Source: an uncultured bacterium
GTDB taxonomy: Bacteria > Patescibacteriota > Patescibacteriia > UBA9570 > XYC2-FULL-38-9
Assembly (NCBI GenBank): GCA_937996685.1
Contig: CALKUP010000002.1
Location: 177,066-241,065 of the forward strand
Length of the DNA: 64,000 nt
Direction: 5' to 3'
Positions 1 through 9,297 of the stretch are shown one piece after another. Each line of letters starts with the position of its first letter. Positions within the stretch are counted from its first letter, which is position 1. The notes below the pieces were generated by a model, which was not told the origin of the DNA, searched no databases, and worked only from the letters and a program-made list of their open reading frames with translations. The position numbers and the translations under genes were made by a program.

Positions 1-1
1 G

Positions 2-193
2 CACATTGGTGCTCAGTTTGAATGCGAGGTGATGATTCGATATCGACAAACACCACAACCGGCAACAGTTACGGTTGAAGAAGGGGGAAGAATTGCAATT
101 GCGTTTCACACGCCAGAACGCGCCGTCACACCCGGTCAATCAGCAGTGTTGTATGACGGAGATGTTGTGCTTGGTGGTGGGATTATTTCGTAG
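2..193 (+). CDS. mnmA: tRNA-specific 2-thiouridylase MnmA, C-terminal fragment (gene begins upstream of window)
   Basis: Frame-2 translation ...ATVTVEEGGRIAIAFHTPERAVTPGQSAVLYDGDVVLGGGIIS* matches the conserved MnmA C-terminal beta-barrel (QRAVTPGQ...YDGD.CLGGG); stop TAG at 191-193. Confidence 0.6.
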   Translation, partial: HIGAQFECEVMIRYRQTPQPATVTVEEGGRIAIAFHTPERAVTPGQSAVLYDGDVVLGGGIIS

Positions 194-327
194 ATTTTTG
201 ATTGGTATTTTTTTGTGTCTTTCGTCCTTTTGGACTCATCAGAAAAGATGCACATCTTTTGAGGCACCATGCGAAAGAATGTGAATTCTTCCGCATGACC
301 GAAGCAGCGGTCTGCGCTGATTCGGAT

Positions 328-528
328 TTATTTTGCCGCGTGTTGTTTGCTTGCGGCTTCCTCCTCGTGTGGTTGGTCATTGGCCGGCCGGAGCTTTGTT
401 GCCGGCCAGACAGTTTTTTTGACAGGGTAGCCTTCGCAGGCTGCCTCGTTTAGTCCACCGGCAGCGCTCGGGTGCGCCTCCGGTGGAACCGGGCGAGCGT
501 CATATCCGCCTTCGTCAAATCCTGCCAT
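328..528 (-). CDS. hypothetical small protein (66 aa), GC-rich
   Basis: ATG preceded by GGAGG 6 nt upstream (plus-strand 529-540); no recognizable domain; a plus-strand terminator lies inside it, so coding status is uncertain. Confidence 0.25.
   Translation of the reverse strand: MAGFDEGGYDARPVPPEAHPSAAGGLNEAACEGYPVKKTVWPATKLRPANDQPHEEEAASKQHAAK
381..420 (+). terminator. rho-independent terminator (TGGCCGGC/GCCGGCCA stem + T7)
   Basis: 8-bp GC stem at 381-388/401-408 followed by TTTTTTT at 414-420; likely terminates the mnmA transcript. Confidence 0.55.
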
Positions 529-554
529 CTCTACCTCCTACAGGCTAGTTATCA

Positions 555-635
555 ACAGGTATGATATTTAATATATAGCCAATATTAGGTAAAAATCATA
601 CTTTAGCTTGTATAGTATGATAAAGTATGATACTT
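555..635. promoter_or_regulatory. operator-like repeat cluster upstream of the GH13 gene
   Basis: Three direct copies of GTATGATA (559-566, 614-621, 625-632) plus a 10-bp inverted repeat TCATACTTTA(596-605)/TAAAGTATGA(621-630) in the AT-rich divergent intergenic region. Confidence 0.4.
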
Positions 636-794
636 TTTTAGCGCATTTATTGTTCTTTGTCAATTAAAAAGAGATGGAGAAATTGATGTTTGTTCATCGG
701 TTTTTTATTTTAAGATCAATTCTTTCTTAAAAACACCGATCGATGAACAAGCATCGAAATCCGCCAAAATTGAGACAACGCCCTTGGAGGCACC

Positions 795-2555
795 ATGTCC
801 GCCCTTCTTCTTGCTCTCTCTTCTGTTGTGTCTTTTTCCTCCCGCGACATTCTCGCGGTTGGGGTTCCTGGTCAGACGACTCCGTTTGGTTTCGGAGCGG
901 GCACCAAGCTCACTCAAGCCCAGGGCGCTGGGCTGGAAGGCTACGCCTGGACCGAGCAGTTGCTCGCCCGGCGTTACCCTGCCGACAGGCTGGCAGTGGC
1001 GCACGCGGCCATCGCGCCGTACACTGCGCCGTTTGTTCCCGGAATCGAGACTCCTCGGCAGCTCCGCGCGAAAGTGCAGGAGCTGCAGACGCAGATCAAG
1101 GCGCCGTCGGACTGGATTCGCTCCGCGCGGATCTACGAGGTGTTGCCGCGCGCGTTCGACCCGACCAGCTTTGCTGCTCGATTCGGCCCCGGCATACCCT
1201 TGCACGGGCAGCAGGAATTGTTCACCCGCTTCATTGAGGGTGGCAACTCCTGGTTGCGAGCCTTCGCTCGAGTCATTCCGATCATCAAGGGATCGGGCTT
1301 TGACACGGTTTGGCTCCAAGAGTTGTGGCCGATGGACGGCTGGGGAGACGACGACGGGTCTCCGTACTCAGTGCGGGACTACGGGTCTATCAACCCGCGC
1401 CTCGGCACCGAAGAGGAGCTGCGTGAGCTGATCACGCTGGCTCGGTACATCGGTGTCAGCTTCATGGCTGACCTGATTCCGAACCACGTCGCGTACGACT
1501 CGTCGTTGGTTTCGGAGCGGCCGGAGATCTTCCGCCGCACCAGCTCAACGACCGCAACGGGCGAGTGCCCTGCCGACCACTTTGTGGTCAAGGACCGAGA
1601 TGACCGCGAGCGCTGGATTCAGCACGGTGGCTACACCGAAGTTGATGGCTCTCGAGTCGTCTGGGAGAAGACCGCGCAGATTGATCACGCCAGTGATCAC
1701 GGCCGCGGCTTCGTGACGGAAGTTGCGCTGCGGCTGGTCGACCTTGGCTTCGAGGCGATCCGTGTTGACATGGGCTACAGGATGCCGGACGGGCTCCTGG
1801 GCTATGTCATTGACGCGGTTCGGGCTGTGAAGCCGCGCGTCGGCTTCCTCGGCGAGTGCTGCAACGACGCGCACCGCGAGCGGCTGTCGGCAGAGGGCTT
1901 CGATGTTCTCTACTTCAAGCCGTGGTTCGATTCGATGCGGCGGCGCCAGGGCAGCCATGCCCAGGCTGCCAAGGCGATCGATCGCGCGGGCTTCCTCGCT
2001 TGGCAGCGAGGTATCGCCAGCAGCTGTGTCTACGTGACGCACCACGACGAAGCCGCGCTCCGTCGAGACTTCAAAGACATCGAGCGGCAGGTCAGCTACC
2101 TCACGCTCTTGCACCCCGGCGCCATGATTTGGTACGGGGGACAAGAGGTTTTGCATGACGCTGGCGAAAACGCTGGCGACATGCTCGACGATCGTCGCAA
2201 GGCGATTCCGTTCGGAGCACATCGAGACGCTGTCCGCATCAATTGGGGCAAATCTCCGGAGTTCGCCGCGTTCTTCAAGAACGCGTGCAACACGGCGAAC
2301 CACATCCGGGCACTCTACGGCCCCGGCTGTCGCGCTGAGCCGCTTCCGGTTCGTGGCGGACACAAGCCTGACCCGGCAGCCGGGTACTACCTCGTCAATG
2401 CGGCAGGAACCCGCGCGGCTGCGGTTCTTGTCAACTTTGACAACGAGAACGACGTGACCTTGGTCCTGGAAGACAAGACGCTGGGAGTTCTCCAGCAGGT
2501 CTACCTGAAGCCAGGTCAGTGTCGATTCGTCGAATTTGAGCTTTCTCCGAGCTGA
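795..2555 (+). CDS. glycoside hydrolase family 13 (alpha-amylase family) protein, high-GC
   Basis: GH13 regions I-IV: DLIPNHVAYDS, AIRVDMGYR, FLGECC, YVTHHDE; GGAGG SD before ATG 795; ~62% GC vs ~45% background. Confidence 0.7.
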   Translation: MSALLLALSSVVSFSSRDILAVGVPGQTTPFGFGAGTKLTQAQGAGLEGYAWTEQLLARRYPADRLAVAHAAIAPYTAPFVPGIETPRQLRAKVQELQTQIKAPSDWIRSARIYEVLPRAFDPTSFAARFGPGIPLHGQQELFTRFIEGGNSWLRAFARVIPIIKGSGFDTVWLQELWPMDGWGDDDGSPYSVRDYGSINPRLGTEEELRELITLARYIGVSFMADLIPNHVAYDSSLVSERPEIFRRTSSTTATGECPADHFVVKDRDDRERWIQHGGYTEVDGSRVVWEKTAQIDHASDHGRGFVTEVALRLVDLGFEAIRVDMGYRMPDGLLGYVIDAVRAVKPRVGFLGECCNDAHRERLSAEGFDVLYFKPWFDSMRRRQGSHAQAAKAIDRAGFLAWQRGIASSCVYVTHHDEAALRRDFKDIERQVSYLTLLHPGAMIWYGGQEVLHDAGENAGDMLDDRRKAIPFGAHRDAVRINWGKSPEFAAFFKNACNTANHIRALYGPGCRAEPLPVRGGHKPDPAAGYYLVNAAGTRAAAVLVNFDNENDVTLVLEDKTLGVLQQVYLKPGQCRFVEFELSPS

Positions 2556-2581
2556 TCGCGAGAAGCGCATATGCGACGACC

Positions 2582-2615
2582 GGGCGGCATCTGAAAAGAT
2601 CGCCGCCCTTTTTCT
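2582..2615 (+). terminator. rho-independent terminator after GH13 gene
   Basis: GGCGGCatctgaaaagatcGCCGCC hairpin followed by CTTTTTCTT. Confidence 0.6.
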
Positions 2616-2675
2616 TAGTTGAATAGATAGTTCAATTTTAGTACTATAGACTAGATAATAAATAATCTTCCTACT

Positions 2676-4982
2676 ATGTCCCAATTTTACAAATACCCAC
2701 TCCCACGAAACTTTGACTATTTACAATCGTTTACTGATCGAGACTATCAGCTATCAACAGACTTTTTAGAAAATGATATTTTATCTTTGACATTGAACTA
2801 CACAGACAAGCGTTTGCCGAACCATTCGATTTTTAAAAATTCAGTATCTTCTCAAGCGGTGAAACAAGAGGGTGATGTAGTAGTCTATAAAAACGGAAAT
2901 ACAGAATATCGCATTACACAACATCCAGTCATGCTGACAGTTGTGCAAGACGGAAAAGAGGTGCTGCAGTCTCGCGATGTCTTTGTTGGATTGAACGGTG
3001 AGCATACTATTTTTCAATTCAAGAAAGAGAGCAATGAACAACCATTTTGGGGCTTTGGGAGTAAAACTGGAGTACTGAATCAAAAAAATCGGGCGATGAA
3101 AATGTGGAACAACGATGTTCTTGGTGAGCATCCACATTCTTGGACACGTGATGATTATGATCCAACATATGCGTCAGTGAATTTTTTCATTACATATTCC
3201 AATGGAACGTACATTGGTTTATTTCTTGATAACTCAGATGAAACATTTTACAACACCGGGAAGAGTACGCATCTAGTTCCAAACGAAGTGCCTCAAGAAA
3301 CAACAGATGAATGGCAACCGCGATTTTATTGTGGTGCATACGCCGGTGAGTCAACGTTATATGTGATGACTGGTAATACGCTTGGAGAGGTTGTGCAAAA
3401 GTACGCGAAGCTCACGGGCGTTCATGAGTTGCCGCCTGTCTGGGCACTTGGTAAGCATCAGTGTAAGTTTTCGTATCTTGATGAACAAGCAATTCGTGAT
3501 GTGATTGAAGGGTATGAAAAAAATGAGCTACCACTTGATTGTGTTTGGTTCGACATTGATTACATGGAAAAGTTTAAGGTCTTTACATGGAACAACACGA
3601 CCTTTTCAGATCCAGCTCAATTAATTAAATGGATTCATGACAAAGGAGTGAATGCTGTGACAATTATTGATCCGGGTGTACGAGAAGAAGAAGGGTATGA
3701 TGTGTATGAGTCTGGTGTTTCAAAAAATGTGTTTACAAAAACACATAACGGTCAACGCTATATCGCGCAAGTATGGCCGGGAGATACGGTGATGCCAGAT
3801 TTTTCTCTAGAAGAAACAAAGGAATGGTGGAGTGATCACGTTAAACAATTTATTGATACCTACAAAATAGATGGTGCGTGGCTTGATATGAATGACCCAT
3901 CGACTGGTCCGTCAGAGCGGAATGACATGCTATTTCAAAATGGCACAGTGCCGCATCATTCGTACCATAATATCTATGGAGATATGATGAGCATCGCGAC
4001 AAAGCGAGGCTTGGAAAAAGCAGACGCAGAGAAGCGCTCATTTATTTTAACTCGATCAGGTTCTGCTGGAATTCAACAGCACGCAGCCGTCTGGACTGGA
4101 GACAACTTTAGTTCATGGGAGCATTTACAAATGTCAATTCCACAGTCTGTAAACTTGTCATTATCTGGCGTGTCTTTCAATGGCCCAGATGTTGGCGGCT
4201 TTATGGGAGAGACAAATGAACAGTTGTTAACACGTTGGTATCAAGCTGGTTTCCTGTTTCCGTTTTTCCGTAACCACAATACAAAGACTGGCCATGGTGG
4301 CGGCGCGCATCAAGAGCCGTATGCGTTTTCAAAAGATACATTGGATGCGGTTCGTTCAATGATCAATACACGGTATAAATTTTTGCCATACTTGTACACT
4401 GTTTTTCATGAGCATTATACAATCGGCAGTTCTGTCATGCGTCCGTTATTTTATGAATTTAATAACCCGGAGTATTTTAGTGTGAGTGACCAATTTATGA
4501 CTGGTCCAGCGATTATGCAAGCGCCAATTCTCACAGAAGAGAACAAGCGTTCAGTATTGTTGCCAGAAGGAAAGTGGTATGAATGGTTTGGAAAAGAGTG
4601 GCTTGATGGAGGAAAAGCAGTTGATGTTGAATTACCACTCGAGCAAACAACGCTCTATTTGCGTGATGGATACGTTATCCCTGTGTTAGCAGGTGAGGTG
4701 TTTCATGAAAAAGAATCACGAGATTTTGCAAACGTTGAATTCATTGCGCTCTTGAATGATGTCGCAGAGGTGTCATATACATACTACGAAGATGATGGCG
4801 CGACGCAGCAATATAAAAACGGGGCGTACAACACGATTGAAATCACAGTTAAACAAGATGGTGCGCTCTCAGCTCGCGGAACACAGCATGGATATCCAAA
4901 CGGAATTCAAGAAGTGCGCGTGCATGTTATTACTGCAACTGGAGTGCAAGAGGTCTCTTGCCCAGTTTCATACGATATGTGA
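2676..4982 (+). CDS. glycoside hydrolase family 31 alpha-glucosidase
   Basis: GH31 motifs WFDIDYM and catalytic-nucleophile region GAWLDMNDPS; 768 aa. Confidence 0.75.
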   Translation: MSQFYKYPLPRNFDYLQSFTDRDYQLSTDFLENDILSLTLNYTDKRLPNHSIFKNSVSSQAVKQEGDVVVYKNGNTEYRITQHPVMLTVVQDGKEVLQSRDVFVGLNGEHTIFQFKKESNEQPFWGFGSKTGVLNQKNRAMKMWNNDVLGEHPHSWTRDDYDPTYASVNFFITYSNGTYIGLFLDNSDETFYNTGKSTHLVPNEVPQETTDEWQPRFYCGAYAGESTLYVMTGNTLGEVVQKYAKLTGVHELPPVWALGKHQCKFSYLDEQAIRDVIEGYEKNELPLDCVWFDIDYMEKFKVFTWNNTTFSDPAQLIKWIHDKGVNAVTIIDPGVREEEGYDVYESGVSKNVFTKTHNGQRYIAQVWPGDTVMPDFSLEETKEWWSDHVKQFIDTYKIDGAWLDMNDPSTGPSERNDMLFQNGTVPHHSYHNIYGDMMSIATKRGLEKADAEKRSFILTRSGSAGIQQHAAVWTGDNFSSWEHLQMSIPQSVNLSLSGVSFNGPDVGGFMGETNEQLLTRWYQAGFLFPFFRNHNTKTGHGGGAHQEPYAFSKDTLDAVRSMINTRYKFLPYLYTVFHEHYTIGSSVMRPLFYEFNNPEYFSVSDQFMTGPAIMQAPILTEENKRSVLLPEGKWYEWFGKEWLDGGKAVDVELPLEQTTLYLRDGYVIPVLAGEVFHEKESRDFANVEFIALLNDVAEVSYTYYEDDGATQQYKNGAYNTIEITVKQDGALSARGTQHGYPNGIQEVRVHVITATGVQEVSCPVSYDM

Positions 4983-4994
4983 TAATTTGATTCT

Positions 4995-6353
4995 ATGAAT
5001 CAATCACAACCCGGACAACACGAGTTTGTTCTCAATCAAGCAATAAAAGAGCGATTTGATGACATGCGTTTTCGGTGGTTTTCACACCAGGAAATTCGTG
5101 ATATCGCAAATCGATTATCAACAGCAATTCAAATCGGTATTGACCGACAAGGCATCCCGACGCGGGCTGATGGCGGTGTATTGGCAATTCCGTCTCACGT
5201 TACTGCGATTTCACAGTCACAGATTGCGCAGCTTCCGGAAGATGCTGTTGCGATTACTGCAGCATGCGGCGGAACAAATTGGATCTTCACCTTGGCGCGA
5301 AAGCAGGCTGACGGAACAGTGATTCTTGAAGAGGCAAGTTCTGATGAGATGCCAGAAGGCGAGCGGACACACACCTTTGATTCGTTGATGGATTTAATCG
5401 CCGGGAATGTCGCGCGAGTTGCGAAACAATACGGAGTTGAAGCGCATCCACATCTTGCGATTGGTATTTCTTTTGGTTTTCCGCAAACAAATCTCAAGCA
5501 AGAGAATGGCGATATTGATTGTCGTATCACGATGTCTCATTTGCCGAAAAAATGGATTGTGACAGATTGTGATGATTCAGTGCCTGCTGAACAACAACCA
5601 TCATTGTCTGACTTATTGCGCACGAAACTCACCGCACTCGGGATCACATCTCCTGGTGCCATTACCATCATCAACGATACAGTTGCGGTTAGTCTTGATG
5701 TACAACATGTAGACGATCTACCTGTTGGGTTTGTCTTTGGAACAGGAACAAATGCGGCGTTATTTGTTGATAGCACGAAAGGCATTTTAAATTTAGAGTC
5801 TGGACACATGCCGATGGAGCCCGACGCTGTGTGGGAGGAAATGAAACGGCGCGGGTATATCACAGAAGAGCGTCCGGTAATGGAGCATTGGATGGGCGGT
5901 GGAAATTTGCCATACCGCATCGCAGCGGCTCTGTATTTAGTTGAAGATATGGTTCCAAATGCTGCTCGATTTGCTGAGATGTTTATCAATACAGAAAATC
6001 AAGCGTTGATATCTCATTTAGCAAGTAGTGATTTTTCTGATTTGCAATTTGCTGGTGTAACCCCAGAAGAAGAGGATGTGTTGCGCAGTGTGTGTCGTCG
6101 TGTTCTCACTCAAGCTGGCCAAGTGATTGGTATTATGTCTGCCGTAGTTGCGGAGCACGCAGGGTACAAGCAAGGATCCGCGCATTTCCCGTTTGAAGGA
6201 TCGTTGATGAAGAAGGGATATAATGTACAACGAACCGCGCTTGATACAGCAGAGCTTCTTATTCCAGGTCATCAGTTGCAACCATATGTTGCAACTGGCA
6301 TGATTGGTGTCGCGAAACTTGCTATGGTGCAGACCGCGGAGTACTATACGTAA
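4995..6353 (+). CDS. hexokinase-family sugar kinase (eukaryote-type hexokinase fold)
   Basis: Hexokinase signature blocks: AACGGTNW (phosphate-1), IGISFGFP (LGFTFSFP), INDTVAV (NDTVGT), GTGTNAAL (GTGTNACY). Confidence 0.65.
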   Translation: MNQSQPGQHEFVLNQAIKERFDDMRFRWFSHQEIRDIANRLSTAIQIGIDRQGIPTRADGGVLAIPSHVTAISQSQIAQLPEDAVAITAACGGTNWIFTLARKQADGTVILEEASSDEMPEGERTHTFDSLMDLIAGNVARVAKQYGVEAHPHLAIGISFGFPQTNLKQENGDIDCRITMSHLPKKWIVTDCDDSVPAEQQPSLSDLLRTKLTALGITSPGAITIINDTVAVSLDVQHVDDLPVGFVFGTGTNAALFVDSTKGILNLESGHMPMEPDAVWEEMKRRGYITEERPVMEHWMGGGNLPYRIAAALYLVEDMVPNAARFAEMFINTENQALISHLASSDFSDLQFAGVTPEEEDVLRSVCRRVLTQAGQVIGIMSAVVAEHAGYKQGSAHFPFEGSLMKKGYNVQRTALDTAELLIPGHQLQPYVATGMIGVAKLAMVQTAEYYT

Positions 6354-6986
6354 ATGATAGAGAAGATTATTCGTCGAATTGCAGGCCCGCTGACAGTTGT
6401 TGCGACGGTGATTTTTCTTGGGGCCATGCCGTTTTTGTATCAAGAGAATCATGATAATCACATTTTTCGCACGGTGATTTCTTTTTTGTGCGCGTTCTCA
6501 ATCGCCGGTTTGTGGATTGCGCTGACGTGGTCCATTAAAAAAGACCGTGTCGCATTTCAAGATGCTGCGAGCATGCAGTTGATTTGGATTTTCGCGCTCG
6601 CGAGTAATGGCTTTGGTGCAATTGGGTTGTATTATATTTGGTTTTATTATGACTTGGTCATACATTTTATTAATCCGTTGCTTGCGACCGAATTTTTGTT
6701 TTTCTTATTTCATTATTGGTGGAAGCAGGAGCCAGATTTTTGGCAAATGATTCGGTTTATTTTTATTGCGATTGGCTTGGTGTTGTTATGGGAGTGGTAT
6801 GAAGCAATTTTGGATTTTCTTCTTGGAACGTCAATGGTTGGGCAGGCAGGCGAGGCGAATGATACGCTAACAGACATTATGGCAGGGATTCTAGGTGTGT
6901 TGGTTGGGGTTGTGTTATACAACCGCCCAAAATGGTTCTGGTTTTCATATCAGCAGTCTGAGCCAAAAAAAGACCTCTCAGTTTGA
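6354..6986 (+). CDS. hypothetical polytopic membrane protein
   Basis: 210 aa, 5-6 hydrophobic helices, W/F-rich; start adjacent to hexokinase stop. Confidence 0.45.
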   Translation: MIEKIIRRIAGPLTVVATVIFLGAMPFLYQENHDNHIFRTVISFLCAFSIAGLWIALTWSIKKDRVAFQDAASMQLIWIFALASNGFGAIGLYYIWFYYDLVIHFINPLLATEFLFFLFHYWWKQEPDFWQMIRFIFIAIGLVLLWEWYEAILDFLLGTSMVGQAGEANDTLTDIMAGILGVLVGVVLYNRPKWFWFSYQQSEPKKDLSV

Positions 6987-7039
6987 CCAGGTCGGCTATT
7001 TTTGGCATACTAGACGGGTAATTTTATCCTATTTTTATT

Positions 7040-8341
7040 ATGAATATTGTTGTTGTTGGCACCGGCTATGTCGGCCTCGTGTCTGGGGCGTGTCTCGCTG
7101 AAATCAATCATACTGTCACTTGTATTGATATTGATGAACAAAAAATTGAACGGTTGCGGCAAGGGATTATTCCAATCTATGAACCAGGCCTCGACACTGT
7201 TGTGAAAACAAATGTTGCAGCTGGTCGTTTGCAATTTTCAACAGACCTCACAGCCGTGCTTGATGACGCTGATGCTGTGTTCATTGCTGTTGGGACGCCG
7301 CCAAAAGAAGATGGGAGCGCTGACTTGCGATTTGTGTATCAAGTGGCAGAAACGCTTGGTGCGAACCTCAAAAAATATACAGTCATTGTGAACAAATCAA
7401 CTGTTCCAGTTGGAACTGGCCGGGAAGTTGAGGAGATTATTCGCAAAACCTACAGCGGCGAATTTGATGTTGTGTCATGTCCAGAATTTTTACGTGAAGG
7501 TTCAGCGGTGAAGGATTTTATGAATCCAGACAGAATCGTTATTGGTGCTCGAAATGATCGAGCGGCAAAAGTAATCTTAGATGTCTTCGCGCCAACAAAA
7601 GGCGAAAAGGTTGTGACATCTGTTGAAAGTGCTGAGCTGATTAAATATGCATCGAATGCATTTTTGGCAACGAAGATTTCTTTCATTAATGAGATCGCGC
7701 AAATCTGTGAACGCACGGGCGCGGATATTGAAGAAGTGGCGTATGGCGTCGGACTTGATGGTCGCATTGGACCGCGTTTCTTGCACGCTGGTATCGGCTG
7801 GGGCGGTTCGTGCTTTCCGAAAGATGTGCACGCCCTTGATCAAATTGGTGGTGAGCATGGCTACGATTTCAAATTATTGAAAGCGGTGATTGAAGTAAAT
7901 AATTTTCAACGAGAGCACATGGTGCAACGCATGAAAGATCATTTTGGCGGAAACTTGCACGGCAAAAAGATTGGTGTCTTGGGTCTCGCGTTTAAAGCCA
8001 ATACGGATGATGTTCGCGAATCAGCCGCTATTGATATTGTGAAGTTATTAGCAGCTGCTGGAGCTGATGTGACAGCCTTTGATTATCACGCAACAAATAA
8101 TGCAAAAGCGGAATTGAAAGATGTTGCTCTTGCATACGCAGAAGATGTGTATGATGTTGCAACAGGCGCTGACGCTGTGATTATTGCGGCTGAGTGGCCA
8201 GAATTCCGTGAGCTTGATTGGAGTCAGATTAAACAAACTATGAATACACCCGTGGTATTTGATGGTCGTAACTTATTAAAACCGTCTCGAATGCGTGATG
8301 AACTTGGGTTTACGTATATCGCTGTTGGTCGTCCTGAATAA
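7040..8341 (+). CDS. ugd: UDP-glucose 6-dehydrogenase
   Basis: N-terminal Rossmann VVVGTGYVGLVSGACLAE, catalytic GGSCFPKDV; 433 aa. Confidence 0.8.
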   Translation: MNIVVVGTGYVGLVSGACLAEINHTVTCIDIDEQKIERLRQGIIPIYEPGLDTVVKTNVAAGRLQFSTDLTAVLDDADAVFIAVGTPPKEDGSADLRFVYQVAETLGANLKKYTVIVNKSTVPVGTGREVEEIIRKTYSGEFDVVSCPEFLREGSAVKDFMNPDRIVIGARNDRAAKVILDVFAPTKGEKVVTSVESAELIKYASNAFLATKISFINEIAQICERTGADIEEVAYGVGLDGRIGPRFLHAGIGWGGSCFPKDVHALDQIGGEHGYDFKLLKAVIEVNNFQREHMVQRMKDHFGGNLHGKKIGVLGLAFKANTDDVRESAAIDIVKLLAAAGADVTAFDYHATNNAKAELKDVALAYAEDVYDVATGADAVIIAAEWPEFRELDWSQIKQTMNTPVVFDGRNLLKPSRMRDELGFTYIAVGRPE

Positions 8342-8347
8342 ATTCCT

Positions 8348-9292
8348 ATGAAATTAATTGTTACTATCCCGTGTTATAACGAAGAGGAAAACCTCGCTGA
8401 TGTCATTGCGGAAATTCCGCGAACGATTCCAGGCATTGATCAAGTTGAAGTATTGATTTTAGATGACGGGTCAACAGACCGAACAGTCGAAATCGCGCGC
8501 GAGTCAGGCGCTGATTATATTATTCAAAACGAAGGCAATAAAGGTCTTGCGACAACCTTCAAGCGAGCGTTGTGGGAAGCGGTGTCACGCGGGGCAGATA
8601 TTGTTGTGAATACAGATGGTGATAATCATTACAATCAATCAAAAATTCCAGAACTTATTGCGCCACTGCTTGAAAAACGAGCTGAAATTAGTATTGGCTC
8701 TCGCAAAGTAGAAGAGCTCAAAGATATGCCATTTTTGAATAAATACTTGAACCAATTGGGAAGTTTTATTATGACCTCATGGGTTGGGATGCCGCGATAT
8801 GATGTTTCAACTGGTTTTCGTGCCTATTCACGAGAGGCGGCCTTGAAGCTTGGTGTTTATTCATTGCATACATATGTGCATACAACATTGATGTCTGCGC
8901 AAGATTTGCATTTAACAATTACAGAAGTGCCAATTTTAGCGCGAAAAGTGACGCGTAAATCTCGCTTGATTAAAAATATTCCAGACCACATGTGGAAAGC
9001 GGGAACAAATATTTTGCGCAATGTCGTTATTTTCCGTCCAATGCGATTTTTTGGGTGGATTGCGCTGGCTCTTGCGATTGTTGGTGTGATTCCAGTTGTG
9101 CGCTTTTTATATTTCCTTGCAATTGGAGAAGGGGATGGTCATGTGCAGTCATTAATTTTATCTGGAGTGGTGATTATCTTGAGTTTCAATAGCTTGATGC
9201 TTGGGCTTCTTGGAACAACACTTGGCTGGATTCGTAAAATTCAAGAAGATCAATTGTATCTGACAAAAAAACAATTTTTAAACGATAAATAA
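8348..9292 (+). CDS. family 2 glycosyltransferase, DPM1/ArnC/GtrB-like polyprenyl-phosphate sugar synthase with C-terminal TM helices
   Basis: IPCYNEEENL...LDDGSTDRT GT2 motifs, DGD, two C-terminal hydrophobic helices. Confidence 0.7.
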   Translation: MKLIVTIPCYNEEENLADVIAEIPRTIPGIDQVEVLILDDGSTDRTVEIARESGADYIIQNEGNKGLATTFKRALWEAVSRGADIVVNTDGDNHYNQSKIPELIAPLLEKRAEISIGSRKVEELKDMPFLNKYLNQLGSFIMTSWVGMPRYDVSTGFRAYSREAALKLGVYSLHTYVHTTLMSAQDLHLTITEVPILARKVTRKSRLIKNIPDHMWKAGTNILRNVVIFRPMRFFGWIALALAIVGVIPVVRFLYFLAIGEGDGHVQSLILSGVVIILSFNSLMLGLLGTTLGWIRKIQEDQLYLTKKQFLNDK

Positions 9293-9297
9293 AAACC

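Noticed and set aside
1545-2684. 379-aa ORF antisense to the GH13 gene
   Set aside because: Typical spurious long antisense ORF in high-GC DNA. It is Arg/Ala-rich with no domain, whereas the plus-strand frame carries all GH13 catalytic motifs.
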